Shown: in pieces, positions 54,196 through 63,727 of the stretch
How the letters are laid out: each line of letters begins with the position of its first letter
How positions within the stretch are numbered: position 1 is the first letter of the stretch
NCBI GenBank assembly: GCA_020054065.1
Contig: JAGVLX010000021.1
Coordinates: 17,262 to 81,261, forward strand
Direction: 5' to 3'
Source: Parachlamydiales bacterium
Lineage (GTDB): Bacteria; Chlamydiota; Chlamydiia; Chlamydiales; JAEYWL01
DNA: 64,000 nt
Translations under genes and position numbers: made by a program
The notes under the pieces: generated by a model
Database searches by the model: none
Told to the model about the DNA's origin: nothing
The model's input: only the letters and a program-made list of their open reading frames with translations

Positions 54196-54288
54196 GTTTG
54201 AGCTATTTAAGTGCTTTATATTTAAATATAGGCTATGTTGCGCTTATTCAGCGTGCTCTTAGATTTTTGAAACAAGAGTGATCCGTGT

Positions 54289-55356
54289 ATGGGTGAAAAG
54301 ACCGAGAAAGCCACACCTAAAAAGATGCGGGACGCCCGTAAAAAAGGGCAGGTTGCGAAGTCGCAGGATATGCCTTCCGCCTTCACCTTTATGGCTTCCA
54401 TTGCCTGCGTCGTAGGGATGGCTCCGTTTTTTTACAATAAACTCTCCGAATTTACCATCGCCACCTTCAAGTCAGTTGACGCCCCTAACCTAGAACAGGT
54501 CATTGGGAATTTCTTCAACGAATCGTTTATCCAGATGACACTGATCAGCCTTCCTATTCTGGCAGTTGTGTCTATTGTAGGAGTGATCGTCAACTTTATC
54601 TTGGTTGGCCCGGTTTTTGCTACAGAAGTATTCAAGTTCGATATTAAAAAGTTCAACCCGATAGAGAACTTGAAGCAGAAATTTAAATTTAAGACGCTGT
54701 TCGAACTGCTGAAGTCTTTGCTTAAAATCTTCCTGGCCTGTTACCTGATTTACGAGGTTATGAAGAAAAGCTTGGCAGTTTTAATCGTCACCGTATCCAT
54801 GCCAGTGATCAGTTCATTGGCTGTGTTTGACGCGTTCCTATTAGAAGTTTTATGGAAAGTCGGGTTGTTGTTCCTCGTCATCGCCATTGCGGACTACATA
54901 TTCCAACTCCGCACCTTCTCGAAAGAGATGATGATGGAAAAATTTGAAGTTAAACAGGAGTACAAAAACACTGAAGGCAACCCGGAAATTAAAGGCAAAC
55001 GGAAAGAGATCGCCCGCGAAATCGCTTACTCGGAAGGGCCATCATCAGGAGTCAGAAAATCCTCGGCAGTTGTGACGAACCCGACTCACTTGGCCATCGC
55101 AATCGCCTACGACAAAGAACTGGATGCCGCGCCGTATATTGCCGCAATGGGATCGGGACACATGGCAGAACGCATTATCGAACTTGCCGACCAATATGAT
55201 GTTCCTGTCCTGCGCAACGTCCAATTAGCCCGTTCATTATGGGAGAGGGGTGAAGTGTTCGAGTACGTACCGGAAGATACTTACGAAGCTATGGCAGATA
55301 TTCTCAGATGGGTACAGACCTTGAAAGAAGATGAAGATTTAATGATGAAAGGCTAG
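54289..55356 (+). CDS. sctU: Type III secretion export-apparatus switch protein SctU (CdsU/YscU)
   Basis: MGEKTEKATPKKMRDARKKGQVAKS N-terminus, four TM helices, and NPTH autocleavage motif at nt 55078-55089. Confidence 0.95.
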   Translation: MGEKTEKATPKKMRDARKKGQVAKSQDMPSAFTFMASIACVVGMAPFFYNKLSEFTIATFKSVDAPNLEQVIGNFFNESFIQMTLISLPILAVVSIVGVIVNFILVGPVFATEVFKFDIKKFNPIENLKQKFKFKTLFELLKSLLKIFLACYLIYEVMKKSLAVLIVTVSMPVISSLAVFDAFLLEVLWKVGLLFLVIAIADYIFQLRTFSKEMMMEKFEVKQEYKNTEGNPEIKGKRKEIAREIAYSEGPSSGVRKSSAVVTNPTHLAIAIAYDKELDAAPYIAAMGSGHMAERIIELADQYDVPVLRNVQLARSLWERGEVFEYVPEDTYEAMADILRWVQTLKEDEDLMMKG

Positions 55357-55379
55357 TCAACATTCTTTGGAGTTGAGCA

Positions 55380-57545
55380 ATGGGCTTAATAAGAACCATA
55401 TTGGACGGAATCACTGCTCGCCTTGGGGGCGAGCGTTCTTTTGATCGCATTTCACGCGGTTCTGATATCGCGTTGGTACTTATCATCGTTGCGATCTTGA
55501 CGATGATCATCGTGCCGGTCAATCCCCACGTGATTGACTATTTGATTGCCTTAAACTTAACCGTTTCTATCTCTTTGCTGATCGTTGCGGTGTACATTTC
55601 AAACGCCGTCCAACTGTCAATTTTCCCATCCCTCTTATTAATCACCACACTTTACCGGCTAGGGCTGAACATTGCCTCGACCCGCCAGATCCTGCTCTAT
55701 GCCTACGCCGGGGACATCATTCAACAGTTCGGTGAATTCGTTATCGGGGGTAACTTCGTTGTTGGGGGAATCATATTTTTAATCATTACCTTAGTCCAAT
55801 TTATCGTTATTGTTAAAGGTGCGGAGCGCGTTGCCGAAGTTGCCGCCCGTTTTACTTTGGATGCCATGCCTGGTAAGCAAATGAGTATCGACGCTGACAT
55901 GCGCGCCGGAGTATTGGACCAGAACGCTGCCCGGGAAAAACGGCTAGCCATCCAGAAAGAGAGCCAGCTCTATGGTGCCATGGACGGTGCCATGAAGTTC
56001 GTTAAAGGGGACGCCATCGCGGGGCTGGTCATTGTGATTATTAACGTTGTCGGGGGGATGACCATCGGGTATTTCAACGGCATGGAAATCATGCAAGCGA
56101 TGCAGACGTACGCCATCTTATCCATTGGTGACGGTCTTGTTTCGCAAATCCCTGCGCTGTTGATCTCCATCACCGCCGGTATTGTCACTACTCGTGTTTC
56201 CAGTGAAACGGTCGACACCAACTTGGGTAGTGAAATTTCGGGACAGATCTTGCGTCAGCCAAAAGCTTTAATGATTTCAGCTGCTGTCTTATTAGGCATG
56301 GGGCTGATCCCAGGCTTCCCTAAACCGCCTTTCTTGTTGCTGGCTGCGGCACTTGGACTGATCGGCTATGCGCTTTGGTCGGCTGAGCAGAAAAAAATTG
56401 AAGCTGCGACAATCACTGCTGGCGGCGGGACGATTGCGCCCTCACAGACAAGTACGGTGGAAACGCCTGTCAAAGGGCATAAAGTTGTTTCCGGCGGCGG
56501 TGTCGATAGCTACGCTCTGACGCTTCCGGTCATCCTGGAAACAGGCAAGGGGTTAAGTTTGGAAATCCAAAAAGCAAACCGCGGCGCCAGCTTTATCGAT
56601 GCGATGATCCCTAAAATGCGCCAAGCGCTCTATGCCGATTTAGGCGTGCGCTTCCCAGGGGTGCATGTGCGCACGGACTCCCCGATTTTGGATAAAGATG
56701 AATACTCAATTCATTTGAATGAAGTGCCGATTGTGCGCGGCAAAGTTATTGAAGGGCATCTGCTGACCAACGAAAGCGAAGTCAACTTAAAACGGTACAA
56801 CCTGCCGTTTGTCTCCTATAAAAACTCGCTTGGGCTTCCTTCACTGTGGGTTCCGGAAAAATTCAAGGAACTATTAGATAAAGCCGGCATCAAATATTGG
56901 AACTCGCTTGAAGTGATGATCCTGCACCTTTCTTACTTCTTCCGTCACTATGCTGCCGAATTCGTCGGGATCCAAGAAGTGAAGTCGATGCTGGAGTTCG
57001 TTGAAAAATCATTCCCTGACCTTGTTAAAGAGGTCACCCGTTTGATCCCGCTGCAGAAGATGACCGATATCTTCAAGCGGCTGATCCAAGAACAAATATC
57101 GGTCAAAGATTTACGAACCATCTTAGAGGCGTTGAGCGAATGGGCGCAGACGGAAAAAGATACCGTCTTGCTGACTGAATATGTACGCTCATCCCTAAAA
57201 CGGTTCATCAGCTACAAATATTCTCAGGGGCAGTCTGTACTTTCCGTGTACATTCTAGACCCTGAAATTGAAGATATGGTACGTGGAGCCATCAAACAGA
57301 CATCCGCCGGATCTTACCTCGCGCTCGACCCCGACTCTGTCCAACTGATTTTGCAAAGCGTACGGAATACGGTTGCGCCGCCTCCGCCCGGAGGACAGCC
57401 GCCGGTCATTTTGACCGCGATTGACGTGCGCCGTTTCGTACGCAAACTGATCGAAATGGAATTTACCGACATTTCCGTTGTCTCTTACCAAGAGATTGTG
57501 CCAGAAATACGTATCCAGCCGCTTGGGAGAATTCAAATCTCCTAA
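55380..57545 (+). CDS. sctV: Type III secretion export gate SctV (CdsV/YscV/LcrD)
   Basis: FHIPEP family: GAERVAEVAARFTLDAMPGKQMSIDAD. 721 aa. Confidence 0.95.
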   Translation: MGLIRTILDGITARLGGERSFDRISRGSDIALVLIIVAILTMIIVPVNPHVIDYLIALNLTVSISLLIVAVYISNAVQLSIFPSLLLITTLYRLGLNIASTRQILLYAYAGDIIQQFGEFVIGGNFVVGGIIFLIITLVQFIVIVKGAERVAEVAARFTLDAMPGKQMSIDADMRAGVLDQNAAREKRLAIQKESQLYGAMDGAMKFVKGDAIAGLVIVIINVVGGMTIGYFNGMEIMQAMQTYAILSIGDGLVSQIPALLISITAGIVTTRVSSETVDTNLGSEISGQILRQPKALMISAAVLLGMGLIPGFPKPPFLLLAAALGLIGYALWSAEQKKIEAATITAGGGTIAPSQTSTVETPVKGHKVVSGGGVDSYALTLPVILETGKGLSLEIQKANRGASFIDAMIPKMRQALYADLGVRFPGVHVRTDSPILDKDEYSIHLNEVPIVRGKVIEGHLLTNESEVNLKRYNLPFVSYKNSLGLPSLWVPEKFKELLDKAGIKYWNSLEVMILHLSYFFRHYAAEFVGIQEVKSMLEFVEKSFPDLVKEVTRLIPLQKMTDIFKRLIQEQISVKDLRTILEALSEWAQTEKDTVLLTEYVRSSLKRFISYKYSQGQSVLSVYILDPEIEDMVRGAIKQTSAGSYLALDPDSVQLILQSVRNTVAPPPPGGQPPVILTAIDVRRFVRKLIEMEFTDISVVSYQEIVPEIRIQPLGRIQIS

Positions 57546-57602
57546 CGGTTTTGGGCCTGCCTGCCATGACAGGGTAATCACCTGTGAAGCACTGGAGGTG
57601 CT

Positions 57603-58763
57603 ATGCCAGACCTAGGAAATATTCTACAGCAAGGATTGGGAAACGTCACCCTGAAGGCGATGCAAGCGGTTGCCGCTGACGAAACGCAAGAGTTAGCAGC
57701 AGAGCAGATGACCAGCAAGTTATCCTTTATGGATGCTTGCCAAGAAGCGGTCAACCCCTTTGCAGCCCGCCAAGCAACCCGGCGAAAAGAACTTAAACCG
57801 CGCTTGACCAAAGTTCAGAAAGCCGTCGAAGGGGGCGAGCAAGCGAAAAAACTGACCCCGGTCGCTAAACTGAAGCAAAGTGCGGAAGAGTTTGCCAAAC
57901 GCAATCCTGAGCTTAAAGCGAATACTCTTGTTCAGCTGCGCGAAATGCTCACCAACGAAGACTCGGTTGACGACATCCTGAAAAAATTGACCGACATGTA
58001 TCCCGACGTCACGTTGGCAGACGAAGTGTTGGATTTCTTGATCGAGCACACCGATCTAGAGCTCCATAACAAATGTTTGCAAGCGAAAGAGCGCCTAAGA
58101 GCCCGCTTCAAACGGGAGATCGATGCCGGCCGCAATATCATGCGTGCTGCACGTGAAGCTTCCGATAAAGGGCTCGGCACGCCAACTTCGCTCCGCGATA
58201 TGTATCGAGATATCACTGGCAATCCGCGCGACTCCGTCACTATGTTCCAGCAGCTTGCTGATAAATACTCATATAAAGACCTTAAAAAAGTGCTGGACTT
58301 CCTCCTGCACTCGCTTGGCGAAGACCTCAAATCGAAAGGACCGTCTATTGCGCGCGGGCTGTTGCATCGCTTGTTGACAGAGACCCGTTCGCTGCAGGCT
58401 GTTTTGGGAGTCTACCGCTTCTTCCGCGGCAGGATGAAGCTGATGCAAGCGCTGTTTGCAAAACAAAGTATTCCTTTTCCCCAACAGCTGACTTTCGAAT
58501 TGATCGCCAAACAGTTTGTAACGCTATGCGGCGACCGCTATCCAACTTCCGACAAAGTGATGCAGATGGCAGGACGGCTGGGAATCGAAAAATGGCTGAT
58601 CGCCAAAATCATTGTGTTCAGCCAGCTGCGAGATGCTGTGCGGGAAGTTGCGAGCCAGCAGATGTATACCTCGATCCAACACCGTGATGATGTGTTCAAT
58701 GCCATTATCGAAGCGTTGGAAAATTTGGAAGACGAACTCGAAGAACTGGAAGAACAGTTATAA
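57603..58763 (+). CDS. copN: Type III secretion gatekeeper SctW (CopN/YopN-TyeA family)
   Basis: HrpJ-like region ...SLRDMYRDITGNP...DLKKVLDFLLHSLGEDLKSKGPSI...LQAVLGVYRFF. Position after sctV. GGAGG SD. Confidence 0.8.
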   Translation: MPDLGNILQQGLGNVTLKAMQAVAADETQELAAEQMTSKLSFMDACQEAVNPFAARQATRRKELKPRLTKVQKAVEGGEQAKKLTPVAKLKQSAEEFAKRNPELKANTLVQLREMLTNEDSVDDILKKLTDMYPDVTLADEVLDFLIEHTDLELHNKCLQAKERLRARFKREIDAGRNIMRAAREASDKGLGTPTSLRDMYRDITGNPRDSVTMFQQLADKYSYKDLKKVLDFLLHSLGEDLKSKGPSIARGLLHRLLTETRSLQAVLGVYRFFRGRMKLMQALFAKQSIPFPQQLTFELIAKQFVTLCGDRYPTSDKVMQMAGRLGIEKWLIAKIIVFSQLRDAVREVASQQMYTSIQHRDDVFNAIIEALENLEDELEELEEQL

Positions 58764-58772
58764 GGAGCCCTT

Positions 58773-59249
58773 ATGGTCACCGATCAGTTCAGCGCCATTT
58801 TGGATGAAATCGGCGGTCAATTTAAGATCAAATTGACGCCGGATGCCAATAACTCCTGCTTGTTTCCCCTGCCAAATGGGCTGCAAGTGCAGATGGAGAT
58901 GGACAAACGGCGGGAATTTTACGTGATTGGGATTGATATTGGAGGGATCCCTGCCGGACGCTATCGGGAAGACCTATTCCGGCAAGCACTGCTTTCCAAC
59001 GGGCGCAAACCCCCGCGCAACGGAATTTTTGCGTATAGCAAACAACTGGATCACTTGATCCTGTTCGAAATGCTGCCCGTGAAAAATTTGACCGGCAACG
59101 ATGTAATGGCAACCTTGAATCCGATGGCTGCCAAAGCGCTGACCTGGAAGGAAGCAATCGAAAAAGGGGACATCCCCCCTGTCGAAGTCGAAGCCGTCTC
59201 AGGCAAAGACCTCCCCAAAGCCCCAATGGGCATGTTCGGGATGAGGTAG
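58773..59249 (+). CDS. CesT/SycE-like class I type III secretion chaperone (Scc1-like), 158 aa
   Basis: Small acidic protein with FSAILDEIGGQFKIKL...CLFPLPNGLQVQMEMD, a CesT-family pattern, in the syntenic position after copN. Confidence 0.7.
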   Translation: MVTDQFSAILDEIGGQFKIKLTPDANNSCLFPLPNGLQVQMEMDKRREFYVIGIDIGGIPAGRYREDLFRQALLSNGRKPPRNGIFAYSKQLDHLILFEMLPVKNLTGNDVMATLNPMAAKALTWKEAIEKGDIPPVEVEAVSGKDLPKAPMGMFGMR

Positions 59250-59337
59250 GAACAAACACGACATACAGGACCTACAAGACATTCAGGACAAAAAGCAATT
59301 GTCGTGGATGTCCTGTATGTCGTGTTTGTCCTGGTCC
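59249..59337. repeat. Word-repeat hairpin (GGACA/CGACA family), copy 5
   Basis: Perfect 19-bp stem acaaacacgacatacagga (59252-59270) / tcctgtatgtcgtgtttgt (59311-59329) with partly paired interior. Confidence 0.8.
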
Positions 59338-59381
59338 TTTGTCTTGATGCACAAAAATTCAAATCTTTGTAATATCCAGCT

Positions 59382-60947
59382 ATGTCACCTTCAGATTCCC
59401 ACTGGCAACGCATCGGCTTCAAACACCATCATGGAATTAATATTCCTTTATTTTCCTTGCGCACAAACAATAGCAGTGGAATCGGTGAGTTCAATGATTT
59501 ACTCCCCCTTGTGGATTGGTGCCAGGCAAATAAACTGGATGTCATTCAACTCCTCCCTTTAAATGACTCAGGGCTTGATCCTAGCCCCTACAATGCTCTA
59601 TCTGCTTTTGCCCTCTCACCTATCTACATTTCCCTAAAGGCGCTGCCTAACGTCGAGAAACACACTCAATTAGCTTCCCTTTTAAACGACCTAAAAAAGC
59701 TTGATCAAGCCCAAACAATCGACTATCCGCAGCTGTTTAAGCTAAAAGACCGGTTTTTACGGGCCTACGCCCACCTAGAGGGAGAAAAAATCGTTCATTC
59801 CGAGCCATTTAAGGCCTTTGTTCAAAAACAGAAAGGGTGGCTGGCGGGATATAGTTTATTTAAAGCTTTAAAGATTAAAAACTTATGGAAATCGTGGGAG
59901 GACTGGCCCGAAAAAAGCCCTCTTAAAAATCCAGAAGCCTTCCAAAAGCTTTCCACTCAATATGAATCGGAAATTCAGTTCCATTCTTACTGCCAGTTCT
60001 TAGCCTACCAGCAACTGACAGCGGTTAAAACTTACGCCAATCAGAAAGGGATCTGGATCAAAGGCGATATTCCCATCCAAATCAGCCGCGATAGTGCCGA
60101 TGTATGGTTAAATCCGGAATTGTTTCAACTCCAATACAGCGCGGGTGCTCCGCCTGATTATTATGCCAAAGAGGGACAAAATTGGGGCTTTCCGATTTAC
60201 AATTGGGAACAATTAGAAAAAGAGAATTATCGCTGGTGGAGAAGCCGGCTTAAAACAGCAGAACCGATCTACGACCTCTACCGCATCGATCATGTCGTTG
60301 GTTTTTTTCGCATCTGGGCTATCCCACTAGGGAAAAAAGCGCGCGAAGGGAGCTTTATCCCGCAAGATGAGCGCGTTTGGATCGACCATGGCAAAAAAAT
60401 CATGCTCATGATGCTGGAGGCATCTTCCATGCTTCCGATTGCCGAAGACTTAGGAACCGTTCCCCCGGCTGTACGCGCCTGCCTGCAAGAGTTGGGGATT
60501 TGTGGAACGAAAGTGATGCGCTGGGAGCGGATGTGGGAAGAAGATAGCCGTTTCATTCCTTATTACGATTATCCGTTGGAAAGCATGACGACTGTCTCTA
60601 CCCACGATTCAGAAACCGTGCGCATGTGGTGGTTTAATCAGCCGCAAGAAGCCAAAGATTTTGCGCAGTTCAAAGGGTGGCGATATACAACCGAACTGAG
60701 TCAGGAAAACCATCGTCAAATCCTTTGGGACAGCCATCGGACGCGCAGTTTGTTTCATATTAATTTGCTGCCTGAATACCTGATGCAATTTCGGGAGTTA
60801 TCTTGGGCGAATCCTGCCGATGAGCGAATCAATGTTCCTGGTACTATCACCCCTAAAAATTGGGCTTACCGGCTCAGGCCCACCCTAGAAACTATTTTAA
60901 AACATGATCGCTTGGCTGACCTTATGACCGATCTGATTCCTGCCTAA
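59382..60947 (+). CDS. malQ: 4-alpha-glucanotransferase (amylomaltase, GH77)
   Basis: GINIPLFSLR, YRIDHVVGFFRIW and AEDLGTVP motifs. Confidence 0.95.
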   Translation: MSPSDSHWQRIGFKHHHGINIPLFSLRTNNSSGIGEFNDLLPLVDWCQANKLDVIQLLPLNDSGLDPSPYNALSAFALSPIYISLKALPNVEKHTQLASLLNDLKKLDQAQTIDYPQLFKLKDRFLRAYAHLEGEKIVHSEPFKAFVQKQKGWLAGYSLFKALKIKNLWKSWEDWPEKSPLKNPEAFQKLSTQYESEIQFHSYCQFLAYQQLTAVKTYANQKGIWIKGDIPIQISRDSADVWLNPELFQLQYSAGAPPDYYAKEGQNWGFPIYNWEQLEKENYRWWRSRLKTAEPIYDLYRIDHVVGFFRIWAIPLGKKAREGSFIPQDERVWIDHGKKIMLMMLEASSMLPIAEDLGTVPPAVRACLQELGICGTKVMRWERMWEEDSRFIPYYDYPLESMTTVSTHDSETVRMWWFNQPQEAKDFAQFKGWRYTTELSQENHRQILWDSHRTRSLFHINLLPEYLMQFRELSWANPADERINVPGTITPKNWAYRLRPTLETILKHDRLADLMTDLIPA

Positions 60948-60958
60948 GCAAGTTGTAT

Positions 60959-61107
60959 GCACCACCGAGCCAGTGAGCGCACGGAGATAAAATATTACCA
61001 TTTCAATTTTGGTGATTTTGATAAGAATAATTTGTTTAAAGAATAAATTAAAAAAACCTTCTCAATCCTCTCATATCATCTCTGTGTTCTCTGTGTCTCA
61101 GTGGTTG
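60959..61107. repeat. Word-repeat inverted repeat (CACTGAG/CACAGAG family), copy 3, degenerate
   Basis: caccaccgagccagtgagcgcacggaga ... tctctgtgttctctgtgtctcagtggttg flanking a 90-nt AT-rich spacer, 3' of malQ. Confidence 0.55.
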
Positions 61108-61191
61108 AATATGAAGATAATCATTGTAAATACAAGACAAAAATAAGATGTCATGCTATAAATGAAACTTAAATCATTTCGTGTATAGCTT

Positions 61192-62715
61192 ATGATGACA
61201 ACCATCTTGCTTGCCGGATCTCTACTTCTAGCGCCGCCATCGACCCTCAAATTGAAGACCCTGCTAAACAGTTTATCGCGCGATTCGATCTCCGAGCAGC
61301 TAGCGTTTTATGAACTCTATCCAAATACGCCTGAAGGGCAGCAAGCGCTAACCCAGGCGTTTGCGTTGCTTGGAAACCCCCACACCAATCTCGCGGTCGG
61401 ATCCTCCCTGATCCAATTGATCAACAAGCAGCCGTATGAAGAGGTCACCGAAATCCCGGAAGAGCATCTGACTGCGATTGAACAATTCAGCAACCATCTT
61501 GGAAACCGCAAACTCAAAGGCCATTCAGCCAACAGCGAAGAAGAGGTGCTGGCGCTAAATTCTGAAGAAATTGATTTGGCCCGCGGATTATTCTTAAGCC
61601 AGCTAGGCACCACGCCAAAAGCTCTGCATCAAATCCGCATTTATGAAAGCATCATCGATCTGATGGCGCTTCAGATCTATGCGAGTTTGGGAAATAGGCC
61701 TGCTACACCCGAGCAAAAAATCAGTGCGATTAACACATTCATCTTTGAAAAGTTGGGATTTCGATTCCCTCCCCACTCACGCTACGCAAAAGATATTGAC
61801 CTATACACGTTCCTGCCCTCTGTCCTCGATTCCCGCCGCGGGGTCTGCTTGGGCGTATCGACACTGTACATGTGCATCGCCCAGCGTCTAGACCTCAAGC
61901 TGGAAATGATCACACCCCCCGGACACATTTATGTCAGGTATCGCGATGGAGATAAGATAATCAATATCGAAACGACCGCCCGCGGCATCAACTTGGATTC
62001 GGATGTCTATCTCGGCATCAATACCCGCTCGTTAAAACAGCGCAACGTCAAAGAGGTGATTGGTACCACCCACTTCAACCAAGCCTCCACCTATTGGCTG
62101 AAAGAAGAGTATGAGAAGGCGCTCGCTGCTTATCACATCGCTGAAAAGTATATGGGCAACGACTTTTTGGTAAAAGAATTGATGGCGTATAACTACATCT
62201 TGTCCGGCAATGAAACTGAAGGCCGGAAACTGCTCGAACTTGTGCGCCACCACCTTCCTGACGATCTCGTCTATAAAGAAACCATGGCGGATGATATTTT
62301 AGACGGATACGCGGACAAAGATGCCATCAAATATGTTTTTATAGAAGTAGATGAGACACGCGAATCGATCGAACGCAAGAAAGACAAACTCGAGGAGATG
62401 GTCAACGCCCATCCCAAATTCCGCAGCGGCCTTTTCCAGCTGGCAACGGCCTGGCTGCAACTGCACCGCGACGGAGAAGCCCTTGAAGTGCTTAAACGGT
62501 ACCACGAGTTGGATCCGAATAACCCCACTGCTGAATATTATTTAGCTGTTTTATATGGAGAGCGCCTTGACTACAATCAAGCGTGGAAACATCTAAATCA
62601 TGCAGAAAAATTATTACAAGCCCGTAACCATGAATCAAAAATTTTAAAGAAACTACACAAAGAGCTCTCTCTTTGTTGTCCTGAAACGTTACATACCCTA
62701 GGAGGTAAGTCATGA
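61192..62715 (+). CDS. Transglutaminase-like (SirB1/YchA-type core) + TPR protein, 507 aa
   Basis: RRGVCLGVSTLYMCIAQRLDLKLEMITPPGHIYVRY...INIETT (Cys/His/acidic arrangement of a transglutaminase-like fold), followed by TPR-like helices. Confidence 0.7.
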   Translation: MMTTILLAGSLLLAPPSTLKLKTLLNSLSRDSISEQLAFYELYPNTPEGQQALTQAFALLGNPHTNLAVGSSLIQLINKQPYEEVTEIPEEHLTAIEQFSNHLGNRKLKGHSANSEEEVLALNSEEIDLARGLFLSQLGTTPKALHQIRIYESIIDLMALQIYASLGNRPATPEQKISAINTFIFEKLGFRFPPHSRYAKDIDLYTFLPSVLDSRRGVCLGVSTLYMCIAQRLDLKLEMITPPGHIYVRYRDGDKIINIETTARGINLDSDVYLGINTRSLKQRNVKEVIGTTHFNQASTYWLKEEYEKALAAYHIAEKYMGNDFLVKELMAYNYILSGNETEGRKLLELVRHHLPDDLVYKETMADDILDGYADKDAIKYVFIEVDETRESIERKKDKLEEMVNAHPKFRSGLFQLATAWLQLHRDGEALEVLKRYHELDPNNPTAEYYLAVLYGERLDYNQAWKHLNHAEKLLQARNHESKILKKLHKELSLCCPETLHTLGGKS

Positions 62716-62993
62716 AATTAAAAACAACCCTATTCACCTGTGCGCTCGTCGCCGGACTGCTAGCAGTCAGCTCCCCGCTTTCCGCCCGATCGTGCTTTAG
62801 CTTCGGTTTCAACTTCGGCGGATTCTTCCCCGTCGTCCAACCCGTGCCTGTCTATGCTCCTCCACCCCCGCCATGCTACTACGGACCTGCTCCAGTCATC
62901 GTCGGCCCCTACCCTGTTCCCCCGCCCTATCCCTACTATAGCTATCCAGTTTATTGTCCAGGACCCTCATTCGGCTTTGGTTGCTGTAGGTAA
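62712..62993 (+). CDS. Small secreted Pro/Tyr/Cys/Phe-Gly-rich protein (93 aa)
   Basis: ATGA overlap with the upstream stop. Signal peptide MKLKTTLFTCALVAGLLAVSSPLSA. The mature sequence is bracketed by CFSFGFNFGG and SFGFGCCR with a PVPVYAPPPPPCYYGP core. Confidence 0.5.
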   Translation: MKLKTTLFTCALVAGLLAVSSPLSARSCFSFGFNFGGFFPVVQPVPVYAPPPPPCYYGPAPVIVGPYPVPPPYPYYSYPVYCPGPSFGFGCCR

Positions 62994-63086
62994 ACGACAA
63001 ACGACTTAACGACCAAAAGGACTCAAATGACCCAAGGACCAAAATTTTTGGTCGTTTAGGTCGTTTGGGTCCTTTTGGTCGTTTTC
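62993..63086. repeat. Word-repeat hairpin (CGACCAAA/GGACCAAA variant), copy 6
   Basis: aacgaccaaaaggac (63008-63022) pairs with gtccttttggtcgtt (63069-63083). The central pair is ggaccaaaa / ttttggtc. Confidence 0.7.
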
Positions 63087-63132
63087 TTTTCCAAAGAAAT
63101 AAATGTAATCATATATTGGCTGTTAAAATGGA

Positions 63133-63723
63133 GTGATGATGACTAAAATCTACACCCGCAAAGGGGATAAGGGCGAAACTTCGCTGTTCACAGGCGAACG
63201 GATTTCAAAAAGCGCAGAGTGCTTCGATGCCATTGGAACAGTGGATGAGTGTAATTCTGCCATTGGCGCTGCGATTTCATTCACACCGACCTACGGTCCC
63301 TATGTCGAATGCATCGAACAGCTAGAAACCATTCAACATGCTTTATTCGATCTGGGTGCCGTGCTAGCCACACCGCGCACAAAAGCTTCTGCACAGAAGA
63401 TTGAAAAAACCCGCTTCGATCATGAAGCCACAACAGCCCTGGAGCATTGGATCGATGCCATGCAGACGGAACTACCAGTCCTGCATTCGTTTATTTTACC
63501 TGGAGGACACCCTTCAGGAGCAATGCTGCACTTAGCTCGCAGCTTCTGCCGACGCGCAGAACGGTTAATCATTCCTCTGAATAAGCACCAAGATGTACCC
63601 GATGAAGTGTTAGTCTATATCAACCGCTTATCCGATTACTTATTTGTGATGTCCCGTTATTTGAATCATTTGGCGCAATGCCCCGAAACGACCTGGGTCC
63701 ATCACAAAAAAGTAGAAGTGTAG
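63133..63723 (+). CDS. PduO-type ATP:cob(I)alamin adenosyltransferase
   Basis: KIYTRKGDKGETSLFTGERISKS and the overall MMAB/PduO pattern. GTG or ATG start. Confidence 0.9.
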   Translation: MMMTKIYTRKGDKGETSLFTGERISKSAECFDAIGTVDECNSAIGAAISFTPTYGPYVECIEQLETIQHALFDLGAVLATPRTKASAQKIEKTRFDHEATTALEHWIDAMQTELPVLHSFILPGGHPSGAMLHLARSFCRRAERLIIPLNKHQDVPDEVLVYINRLSDYLFVMSRYLNHLAQCPETTWVHHKKVEV

Positions 63724-63727
63724 AAAT

